A DNA stretch of 64,000 nucleotides from Eledone cirrhosa (taxonomy: Eukaryota): assembly GCA_964016885.1 (NCBI GenBank), contig CAXHJY010000262.1:62001-126000 (forward strand), in the 5' to 3' direction. The translations under genes were made by a program, and so were the position numbers. The notes beneath the pieces were generated by a model that made no database searches, had not been told where the DNA came from, and saw only the letters and a list, made by a program, of their open reading frames with translations. Shown in pieces: positions 37,247-48,694 of the stretch. Positions within the stretch are counted from its first letter, which is position 1. Each line of letters begins with the position of its first letter.

Positions 37247-37963
37247 TACGGCTCCTTTTGTTGAGCTAAATTTTAGTCCCGTATAAACGGCTGTTATTTC
37301 TAGCACCATGAGTATGAGGATAGCTAGTGAGCTGGAAAACCACGTGCATTTGCGCTTGTACACCAGACCTCCAAAAATATTTCGAGGGCAAACATCCTAA
37401 TTTTTCTGGATACCTGTTGATGAACACAGAAAATGGAATCTTTCACTTTTTTTATACTATCGTTGTGAAACTTATTTGGGTTTTGAAATTCAAATTTGTC
37501 TGCGGAACAGGTTTGGATTTTGAAATTTAAATTTGTCCAGGTATCACGGTTATTGCCAATATGGGTTTGTTTTGATTGATTTATTATTTTAAATCGAGAC
37601 AGGCAAATTATATTTATTTGAATTAGTTTATTTCATTCTAGCTAACTTGGTCATTTAGAATACAAACACTTATGCGTTTATCATATATTAATTTATATTA
37701 CCTGTATATATACATATATATACATATCTATATCTATAGATATATATACATATCTATATCTATATCTATATATACATATATATACAATCAGTGATGAGGG
37801 ACTTATTTTATTACATGTTATCCATGTGCTACCAGCAGTATTTTTCTCGCCATTTTATCACATATACATATATATACATATCTATATCCATACATATATA
37901 TACATATATATATATACATATATATATACATATATATATATATATACATATATATACATATAC

Positions 37964-37994
<31 letters not shown>

Positions 37995-38093
37995 TACATA
38001 TCTACATATATATACATATAACTATACATTTATATACATACATATATATATACATATATATACATATATATATATATATATACATATATATAC

Positions 38094-38140
<47 letters not shown>

Positions 38141-38223
38141 CATATATATACATATATATAGATATATATCTATATATATATACATATATATATATATATA
38201 CATATATATACATATACATATAC

Positions 38224-38258
<35 letters not shown>

Positions 38259-38275
38259 CATATATATACATATAC

Positions 38276-38306
<31 letters not shown>

Positions 38307-38420
38307 CGTATATATACATATATACATATCTACATATATATACATATACATTATGAAGAGAGAAGAAACATTTAGATATAATTAGTAATAAAATGTATCA
38401 TACCTAAACTGTTCCTAAAT

Positions 38421-38508
38421 TCCTCGACTACGTAGTTTCGTGGCATAAACAAAAACAATATATCAAAGATATAGAGTCCTTGCGAGGTCTGCCGACTTAT
38501 CAAGAGGA
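38421..38508 (-). ncRNA. Hammerhead motif HH4 (U3-A8 core variant, GUC cleavage site)
   Basis: Reverse complement of 39185-39272. Confidence 0.75.
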
Positions 38509-39184
38509 TACCTCATTTTACTAGTCTCAAGAACGCGTCTACACGACGTGAGAAAGAATCCCAAAAGGCGGAGGGGGAGATAGTCACGCGATATAACGGT
38601 CGAGAAACAGAGCTAAGCCTCTTATAACCACGAAGGCGGAGGGGGTATTCATATCGAGGCCGTAGAATGTTGCTCAATGAATGACTGGGACAGACCAATT
38701 CAGTTTGAACTAGACTGAACCAGTATCAGAGTTAAAAATACATTATGAAGAGAGAAGAAACATTTAGATATAATTAGTAATAAAATGTATCATACCTAAA
38801 CTGTCCCAGTCATTCATTGAGCAACATCGGTGAAGTTGGCACCCTTAACTCACAGTTGGGTGCGGATGCGTTCATGTATATATGTGTGCGTCCGCATGTA
38901 TCTGTGTGTTTCTAAATATATTAATAACTCCCTCTGGTCGAGCAATCTTTGAGGTGTGGGGACAACTGGAAAGCTTCCATTACTCATACTTCTCGCCTTC
39001 TTCACTACCTCTTCTACGGCCTCTATATGAATACCCCCTCCGCCTCCGTGGTATTTTCTTCGTGGTTATAAGAGGCTTAGCTCTGTTTCTCGACCGTTAT
39101 ATCGCGTGACTATCTCCCCCTCCGCCTTTTGGGATTCTTTCTCACGTCGTGTAGATGCGTTCTTGAGACTAGTAAAATGAGGTA

Positions 39185-39272
39185 TCCTCTTGATAAGTCG
39201 GCAGACCTCGCAAGGACTCTATATCTTTGATATATTGTTTTTGTTTATGCCACGAAACTACGTAGTCGAGGA
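39185..39272 (+). ncRNA. Hammerhead motif HH5 (U3-A8 core variant, GUC cleavage site, enlarged stem II)
   Basis: TCCTC-TTGATAA-GT.GGCA...TGCC.AC-GAA-ACTACGTAGT (palindrome)-C-GAGGA. Confidence 0.78.
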
Positions 39273-39506
39273 ATTTAGGAACAGTTTAGGTATGATACAT
39301 TTTATTACTAATTATATCTAAATGTTTCTTCTCTCTTCATAATGTATTTTTAACTCTGATACTGGTTCAGTCTAGTTCAAACTGAATTGGTCTGTCCCAG
39401 TCATTCATTGAGCAACATCGGTGAAGTTGGCACCCTTAACTCACAGTTGGGTGCGGATGCGTTCATGTATATATGTGTGCGTCCGCATGTATCTGTGTGT
39501 TTCTAA

Positions 39507-39551
<45 letters not shown>

Positions 39552-39936
39552 TTTATACATTTATATATATACATATATTTATACATTTATATACATATAT
39601 ATATACATATATATATATATACATATATTTACATATCTACATATATATATATACATATATATCTGTTTGTATGTGTGCATGTATATAATTATCACTATTA
39701 TTAAAGACCAGAGACCAATTCTGTAGAATCAGGTTTATTCGTTGACAGACCATGCCTTTGTGTGACCAACACATCCATGTTAAACCCTGCACGTGCACAC
39801 ACATATATCTATATATATATGCGCACACAGAATTCACCACTGTCGGTTGCGGGGCCCAATCTACATGAAGAACTCAATGTGATCAGAATGACTTGTATTT
39901 TAATTTCACTGCCCTAACTTCTTATGTTATGAAAAC

Positions 39937-40437
39937 AATATATGTGTATGTATGTATGTATATATATATATATTTGGAGGCCATTTCTCTGTGTGTGGGT
40001 GTATATATGTGTGTGTGTGTGTGTGTGTGTGCATGTGGATGTATGTATTGTGTGTGCGTGTGTGTGTGTGTATATATATATATATGTGTGTGTGTGTGTT
40101 TGTATGTGTGTATGTATATATATGTGTGTGTGTATGTATGTGTGGGTGTGTGTGTATATATATATGTGTATGTATATGTGTGTATATATATGTATGTACA
40201 CACATATATATATATATGTGTGTGTGTATGTATGTGTGTATCTGGATGTATGTGTATGTATATATATGTGTGTGTGTATATATATATATATGTGTGTGTA
40301 TGTGCATATATGTGTGTGTGTATGTGTGTATGTATATGTATGTGTGTGTGTATGTATGTGTGTATATATATATATATATATGTGTGTATGTATATGTATA
40401 TGTATGTATGTGTGGATGAAGGTATGTGTGTATATAT
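39937..40437. repeat. (TG)n/(TA)n compound microsatellite
   Basis: Direct inspection. Confidence 0.95.
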
Positions 40438-40899
40438 AGGTGTAAGTGCACTAAATCCCTTTCTATCAATCTCCCCTCTCCTACCGAGCACAGGAAGATA
40501 TATGTATGTATATTGCTTCCACCCCCACCCCCCCTAACTGACCAGCAGCTGGCCATCTGGCCATTGCTAAATTTGACCTTTATAAAATAACCCACACCCC
40601 CAAATAACTTCTCATTCACTACCAGAAGCAGTCAACGAGCTGCTACCAAGATGAAAACTACTATGAAATCCCACAATGAATTTTATACTTGAATTTTCAA
40701 ATCTCAAATTTTAACTCTTCTTATTATTAATTTTTCTTAATATTAATCAACATTTGAAAAGATGGCTTTTGCAGACCCATCGAAACCAGTCATTTTTTAT
40801 ACCCTTTATTATTTCCTTACCTTATAAAATTATATGTTTTTTCACAAAAAAGTATTGTCTCTTATATATTCCATGTGCCATTACCAACCTCAATTTTCT

Positions 40900-41220
40900 C
40901 TACATATATATATATATATACATATATATACATATATATATATACATATATATACATATATATAGACATATATATACATATCTATATATATACATATATA
41001 TATATATACATATATATACATATATATAGATATCTATATATATATACATATATATAGATATCTATATATATATACATATATATACATATCTATATATATA
41101 CATATATATACATATATATATATATACATATGTATACATATATATACATATATATATATATACATATCTATATATAAACATATCTATATATATATATACA
41201 TATCTATATATAAACATATC

Positions 41221-41254
<34 letters not shown>

Positions 41255-41296
41255 CATATATATACATATCTATATATATACATATCTATATACATA

Positions 41297-41340
<44 letters not shown>

Positions 41341-41536
41341 TATATACATATATATATACATATATATACATATCTATATATATACATATCTATATATATA
41401 CATATCTATACATATACATATCTATATATATACATATCTATACATATACATATCTATATATATATACATATCTATACATATCTATATATATATACATATC
41501 TATACATATCTATATATATATACATATCTATACATA

Positions 41537-41614
<78 letters not shown>

Positions 41615-41628
41615 CACATATATATATA
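40900..41628. repeat. (TA)n/(TATC) compound microsatellite
   Basis: Direct inspection. Confidence 0.96.
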
Positions 41629-41741
41629 GGTTGAAAAAAATGAAAACGAAATTTCATTTCTCACTCTTAGTATGGCACTTACTTAAATGTAAGTATGTAT
41701 GTATACGTACATACATATATGTATACAGACGTACAGTAGCA

Positions 41742-41806
<65 letters not shown>

Positions 41807-41965
41807 GCATGCAGGTACACATACATATATGCACGCATCAGTTTAGCCGACGTTTATTATAACGCCTGCTTTGTTCGTTTGTTTGTCAACAAATCGAACA
41901 GCCTGAATTTATGCCATACGGTGTTAAGGCAACCACGTCACCTTTTTGTTCAACACTGACACAGG

Positions 41966-42010
41966 AACGATGTACTAGTTTCAAGCTTGCTAGCTATCAT
42001 CAGCACCGTT
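41966..42010 (-). ncRNA. Minimal type-I hammerhead HH6
   Basis: Minus strand: AACGGTG-CTGATGA-T.AGCT(AGCA)AGCT.T-GAA-ACTAGT-A-CATCGTT. Confidence 0.83.
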
Positions 42011-42244
42011 TACCCATCTGCCAGATAGTTGAACGTTCGAAAGTATATACTTTCCTTATGAAAATTAACGGCTGAGCAGCCTAATTTGCATATTGAGTGA
42101 GTTAAATCGGTCAGGCATACCGAAAACGATAAGTTGAAAAAAATGAAAACGAAATTTCATTTCTCACTCTTAGTATGGCACTTACTTAAATGTAAGTATG
42201 TATGTATACGTACATACATATATGTATACAGACGTACAGTAGCA

Positions 42245-42324
<80 letters not shown>

Positions 42325-42490
42325 CACATATGCATACAGGTACACATACATATATGCACGCATCAGTTTAGCCGACGTTTATTATAACGCCTGCTTTGTT
42401 CGTTTGTTTGTCAACAAATCGAACAGTCTGAATTTATGCCATACGGTGTTAAGGCAACCACGTCACCTTTTTGTTCAACACTGACACAGG

Positions 42491-42535
42491 AACGATGTAC
42501 TAGTTTCAAGCTTGTTAGCTATCATCAGCACCGTT
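42491..42535 (-). ncRNA. Minimal type-I hammerhead HH7 (second tandem unit)
   Basis: Same as HH6 with one change in loop II (AACA). Confidence 0.83.
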
Positions 42536-42769
42536 TACCCATCTGCCAGATAGTTGAACGTTCGAAAGTATATACTTTCCTTATGAAAATTAACGGCTGA
42601 GCAGCCTAAATTGCATATTGAGTGAGTTAAATCGGTCAGGCATACCGAAAACGATAAGTTGAAAAAAATGAAAACGAAATTTCATTTCTCACTCTTAGTA
42701 TGGCACTTACTTAAATGTAAGTATGTATGTATACGTACATACATATATGTATACAGACGTACAGTAGCA

Positions 42770-42841
<72 letters not shown>

Positions 42842-42904
42842 TATACACATATATAAATGAAAGGTATAGAAAACATTGTAGCAAAGAGCCAACAGTATTC
42901 CATA

Positions 42905-42943
<39 letters not shown>

Positions 42944-43146
42944 GTATTTACGTATCGAGAAAGAGAAAAAAAGGGGGGATAGGTGATAGATATAGTTATT
43001 TGCCAAGTAGCATATGCCAAAGGTGCTCGATACTAGTGCCGGCAGTATTAAATATTCAAAGTGTTAATATTTAGTGAGCAGAGCGTAAGCACGTCTGAAA
43101 GTAAAAAATCGGAGAATAGACCGTTAAAACATGTTTATTTAAAACA

Positions 43147-43188
43147 GCACCTACGTACATTTCGCCCAGTTGGGCTTCTCAAGGGCAT
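43147..43188 (-). ncRNA. Hammerhead-like motif HH8 (UUGAGAA core)
   Basis: Minus strand: GCCC-TTGAGAA-GCCC(AACT)GGGC-GAA-ATGTACGT-A-GGTGC; stem I is weak. Confidence 0.62.
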
Positions 43189-43385
43189 AAATAATTACAA
43201 GTGTTCCCTATATTGCCAAAAAGTTTTTGGGGTTAAATCCACATCAAGGTTCATTGCTCGCAAAAATTTCTTGTTTTGACCTGCTGCAAAATCAAAACAA
43301 GATATTTTTGCGAGCAATGAACCTTGATGTGGATTTAACCCCAAAAAATTTTTCCGAGCAATATAGGGAACACTTGTGATTATTT

Positions 43386-43427
43386 ATGCCCTTGAGAAGC
43401 CCAACTGGGCGAAACATACGTAGGTGC
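43386..43427 (+). ncRNA. Hammerhead-like motif HH9 (UUGAGAA core)
   Basis: ATGCCC-TTGAGAA-GCCC(AACT)GGGC-GAA-ACATACGT-A-GGTGC; stem I is weak. Confidence 0.62.
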
Positions 43428-43710
43428 TGTTTTAAATAAACATGTTTTGACGGTCTATTCTCCGATTTTTTTACTTTCCCACGTATATATATACATATAT
43501 ATATACATATATATACATACATCTATACATATACATACATATATATATACATATATATACATATATATACACATATATATACATATATATACACATATAT
43601 ATACATATATATACACATATATATACATATATATACATACATCTATACATATATATACATATATATATACATATATATACACATATATATACATATATAT
43701 ACATATATAC

Positions 43711-43742
<32 letters not shown>

Positions 43743-43877
43743 ACATATATATATATACATATACATATATATATATAGATATACATATATATATATACAT
43801 ATACATATATATACATATATATATATACATATACATATATATACATATATATATATACATATACATATATATATATT

Positions 43878-44097
43878 CTAGTCGATCGACTTTCGTCAAA
43901 TCGGACCGAGGAAACTATGTTTCCGTTGGTCTTTCCAATTGCTAATACTATCTATCGGTCGCAACTCCAGGTAGAAGGAGCAACGTGAAATAAAGTGTCT
44001 TGCCCAAGGACATAACGCATCGCCTGGTTCAGGAATCGAACTCACAACCTCACGATTGTGAATCCAATACTCTAACCACTCAGCCACACGCCTTCAC
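43878..44097 (-). mobile_element. tRNA-derived SINE, same family as 5891-6123
   Basis: Reverse complement starts GTGAAGGCGTGTGGCTGAGTGGTTAGAG; same tail. Confidence 0.82.
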
Positions 44098-44100
44098 ATA

Positions 44101-44138
<38 letters not shown>

Positions 44139-44201
44139 CATATATATATAGATATATACATATATATATATACATACATATACATATAAACATATATATA
44201 C

Positions 44202-44250
<49 letters not shown>

Positions 44251-44342
44251 AAGTTATATTTAAAATTGTTGGGTTACAACTAGTAAATATTTATAACTGA
44301 TATATTTATCGAATATATTTATCTATAAAACTGTTTATATTG

Positions 44343-44408
44343 TATTTTGTCTGATGAAGGCATAGCATATTGTTAATATGATATCCCCGAAATATATATA
44401 ATGAAATA
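44343..44408 (+). ncRNA. Type-I hammerhead motif HH10
   Basis: TATTTTGT-CTGATGA-AGG.CATAG.CATATT(GTT)AATATG.ATATC.CCC-GAA-ATATATAT-A-ATGAAATA. Confidence 0.75.
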
Positions 44409-45654
44409 AATATGGTTTTATAAATATAGTTTTCCATTTATTTAATATTGTATATATATATATATATATATATATACATTTTCGTTATTTCGTAGGCTGA
44501 AATGCGATTCTCGATAATTTATATTTGTATTAATCTAGCTATTGACCAGTTAATTTTCTTGATATTTTAGTTGCTTCTATTGACTGATGAATAGCTTATG
44601 TTAATTTTAACCCTTCTGTTGAGAACTCTATTCGATTTGTGAAGTTTTTGCATTCTTGCAATAATATACACAACTGAATTCATTCGCCTGATTTAGGGGT
44701 TGCCTCCCTTGCCGATCCCCACGTGGGTCAGCAATAGTCAGTCCGTGTATTAACATTGAACTAAAACCTGTTGAGAAAGTGGCTTCCTTGTTCAATCATC
44801 TTACCAGAAGCCTAACATTATTTATGTAAGCAGACAGTAATTGATTTAGGAGCTGCAGAAACCCAAATGCTGGATTTTGCCAACATTCCAGGGGTCCGGT
44901 AAATTTTCAATCACAGAGATTTTTCATTTGTTTGACCCGAATTACTTGATCGTTTTTTTGACTGTGCGGATGATTGTTTAACCATCGTTTCAGTGTGTTT
45001 GGCCTTTAACCATTCTACAAAAAAAAAAAACTCCATATCTTGGGAACAGGAGGGAATGCAGATTATGTTCAGGAGAGATCTTGGAAATTACTAAATCTAA
45101 GGACGATTTATTAAATAAAAGACAGGAATTGATCATGGTCTGTAATCATTGTATACAAAAAACATTTAAATACTATAAACCTAATTAAATATTCTAAACA
45201 GCAACTCACTATAATTCTGTATAGAATAACATTTATTAGTACCTCTTTCCCCTAATTATATGCTTTCATGCTTATTTTTGCCTTTTAATGTTTTAGCCTC
45301 CTTAGATTTATGCGTTAATGACTAAAGGCAACTGACTGCTAGAAATAGCAGCGATATTATCCATTACAACTTAGTCTTTTTTGTTTAAAATCTCCAAAGT
45401 TTAGTTATACAATCAACAGTAAGCCTTTTGTACAGACTTCGGAATAAACTGGAAGACCGTCAAAATATCATTCTCCTTCTCTCTCTCTTTAAGCAAAGAA
45501 TCGTTGCTTTCACCCTTAACGGGATCTTCTGAAACTCATTATTTTAATAAATAGTTGCTCTACGGCTTATATATACATATATATATATATTATCCTTATC
45601 GAATCCCCTACAGATTTTGGTCTTCACACACACATATATATATATATATATATA

Positions 45655-45826
45655 GGCACATGGCTTAGTGGTTAGAGCATTGGGCTTGCAATCGAAAGGT
45701 TGTGAGTTCAATTCTCGGGCCGTATGTGCAAGACAGGGTCAGCCGACCGGACACTGCCCACAACAGGACAACCCGTCTAACCCATGCTAGCGTGGAAGAA
45801 CGGACGAAAAAAGGTGATGATGATGA
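45655..45826 (+). mobile_element. Short SINE: tRNA head fused directly to an RTE 3' tail (paralog at 59262-59394)
   Basis: GGCACATGGCTTAGTGG..GAGTTCAATTCTC, then ACACTGCCCACAACAGGACAACCCGTCTAACCCATGCTAGC..(GAT)n. Confidence 0.8.
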
Positions 45827-45839
45827 TATATACACGTGT

Positions 45840-47760
45840 ATATTGTTGTGTTGCTAACATGACCAACCTACAGGGTGGACTGGGTGCTCTTCGTTGTGAC
45901 CACCACCTAACAGAGCAGACTTGGTGCTCTTTGTCATGTCACCAATTTGACTACTTTGAAGGGTGCTTCGTGTGCCTTCAGTCTTGCCACTAGCATGACC
46001 ACTTTTCAGAGTGGGCTGGGGGCCTTCTGTCATGTCTATCTCACAGGGTGGACTGGGTGCTAATTTGTCATGTCACCAGCATGACTACCTTGCAGGGAGG
46101 GTTAGGTATTCTTTTGTCTTGTTACCTAACAGAGGACTTGGTGCTCTTTTGTCATGACACCTGCATGACAGGGTTGCCTGAGGGCTTTTAGCCATTTCAG
46201 CAGCATTGGAGGAGAGCATGTCAAGCTTTCCATACTTGTATACATGGGTTTGTCAAGAGAGGTGAAAGTGGGGGGTGGAGTTGTGTGTATGTAGGGTGGG
46301 GATTGGAGAGGTAGGTCAGGGTGGTGTACTTAGCTGGTAAGGGGGTGGAGTGTTAAGATGTGGGGAGTTGGAAAATTGGAGCATACTTCAAACCACTAAA
46401 TGTTTCATCCCGTGCACATGGGAATGCAGGTCTCCTGCAGTACTGTATAACGCCAGAGATTTCAATCCTGTGTCATCACCTTTGAGAGGTACTAGGGTGT
46501 CAGGTCAGTTTTTACCCCCTCATCCCAAGCTTTCCTAGGTCTTCCTCTTCCATCAATTTCAAACAGTCAACCTTTTATACAGCACATAACATGTCCATAA
46601 TAATGCAATCTCCTCTTCTGCATACTGTATCTTATCCATCTCATGTCCAGGTTCTCTCTCAGTTTATTTACACTTTCCCCTTCATGTATATTAATATTAC
46701 ACATCCATCGGAGAATTCAAGCTTCATTTCAATCCAATCTTCTGAGGTCCTCACTGCAATGCAGCATTGCTGTTCATATGCACACATCAATTTGGTGAAA
46801 CAACCTTTTGTAGCTAGCAGTAGTAGTAGTAGCACGCTAAACCTTTGCCATCTTGTTCTTACTCTGGTTACTGTACTTTCAGAACACCTACCTCCACTGC
46901 TAATTTGGTCACCCAGATAACAGAAACTGTCAACTGCTTCTATGGATCCCATTAAATATTTGATAGAGCTTGTATCATAAACACGATTGCTGCTTACTGC
47001 TCCAGTGCAATGACCCCTCGTAAAATCTACGTTCTTAGCTAACTTACCATGTATGTGTGACCATTAGTTTCTGAGTCCAGTTATGGCACCACTGTTTATT
47101 AGGGGAGGTACTTCCAAACAGACCCTTCATTAGGTATGCTGACAAATATATTTTGCAATCTAGGCGACTTAATTAGCAGTGTAGGGAGCTGCTCTGAAAG
47201 ATGAATAGCTAGAATAAGGATAGGATGGAAAAAGTTTAGAGAGCTACTGCAACAGTTGACCACAAAAGGTTTCTCTCTCTGTACAAAAGGACAACTGTAT
47301 GACACATGTGGGTGATGTGCAATGATGAATGGTAATGAAACAAGGGCTGTGACTGCAGAGGATATGTAGACTGGAGAGAAATGAAGCAACCATGCTTTGT
47401 AGGATATGTTGTGTAAGTGCGAGAGAAAGACAGAGCTTGGACAAGTTCAAGAAGAAACTGGGTTTAAGAGTGATCTGAAGTGGTGTGTAAGAGAGAACAC
47501 TGTGTTTGTACGGTCATGTGATGAACATGGATAAAATACCACTGGGTGATGAAGTGCCAGAAAATCCCAGTAGAAGGAAGCCATAGTAGAGGTAGACCAA
47601 GAAAGACCTGGACAGAAGCTGTGTGAACTGACTTCAAATAACTGACTCTCACAGAGGACATGACAAAGGAACATGATGAGTTGAAAGATGCCATGTTGAG
47701 AAGGACCTGTTCAACCAAGCATGGAAAAACGGACATAAAAACAGTGATGTTGATGATGAC
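45840..47760. mobile_element. Old RTE 3' fragments in both orientations (minus to about 47050, plus about 47150-47760); duplicated at about 59420-61790
   Basis: [20 protein letters not shown] on minus; [11 protein letters not shown]-like on plus; GAT tail at about 47750. Confidence 0.75.
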
Positions 47761-48694
47761 GTACATATACACACATACATAATAAATAAATCGAACACAG
47801 ATATGCACATACTTATATACAAACATATACATGGACACAAATTTCTACACACATACATTCACGTATGTAAATTCTGAATGATACAGTTTTGTCAGCACAA
47901 GTCTTGGTTACAACTTGTACAAATAAAATGAAAGGAGAAGAAATTCTTAGTAAAACAGTTTTATTCAAAATATTAACATTGGTGGCACTATTTTAGGTGA
48001 GTGATATGGTTTTTATCTTGTCTAATTGTGTTGCATTAAGTAATCTTTACAAGAGAATGATTTATCACAGACATCACAGTGATATAGTTCCTCTCCTGTA
48101 GATGTTAGTGTGTAGTGAAGTCACAACATTTAGAGAAGCATTTACCAGACATCATAGTGATATGGTTCCTATCCTGTATATATTAGTGTGTAGTGAAGTC
48201 ATAACATTTAAAAAATGATTTACCACAGTGATATGGTTCCTTTCCTGTATATGTTAGTGTCTAGTGAAGCCACAACAGTTAGAGAAAGATTTACCAAATA
48301 TATCAAAGGCTTCCCAGCTGTATGTATATGTTTGTGTAGTTAATGTAACATTCAAAGAGAATGATTTCCCTGAGAAGTCACAATGATATGTATTTGTATT
48401 CTCATTAATTCACAAATTTGAGGGAATGATATATCACTGATGTCAATGCGTTATGATTTCTCTTCTGCATGTATAAGTTTGTGAGTAGTTAGACTACTTT
48501 TCCTAGAGAATGATATACCGCAGATATCACAGTGATATGGCTTGTCTCCTGTATGTATACGTTTGTGTCTAGTTAAGTGATTAATTTGAGAGAATGATTT
48601 ACCACAGATATCACAGTGGTATGGCTTGTCTCCTGTATGGGTATGTACATGCTTAATTAAGTGACTACTTCGAGAGAATGATTTGCCACAGATG

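Larger units (their letters stand above)
38347..39510. mobile_element. Non-coding hammerhead-bearing element present as inverted plus tandem/permuted copies (unit about 591 bp)
   Basis: 38347-38666 and 38667-38803 are reverse complements of parts of 39010-39418; 38801-38920 directly repeats 39392-39510. Confidence 0.8.
41630..42850 (-). repeat. Tandem repeat of 503/525-bp units (about 2.4 copies), each full unit with a hammerhead and an internal (TA)n; retrozyme-like
   Basis: Units start at 41631, 42134 and 42659 (TTGAAAAAAATGAAAACG); length differences lie mostly in the (TA)n. Confidence 0.9.
43097..43478. repeat. Near-perfect palindrome with ~185-bp arms and 12-nt spacer, one hammerhead-like motif per arm
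   Basis: 43097-43279 is the reverse complement of 43292-43478. Confidence 0.92.

Noticed and set aside
44584-44640. CTGATGA followed by a possible stem
   Set aside because: No GAAA or stem III/UH at the proper position
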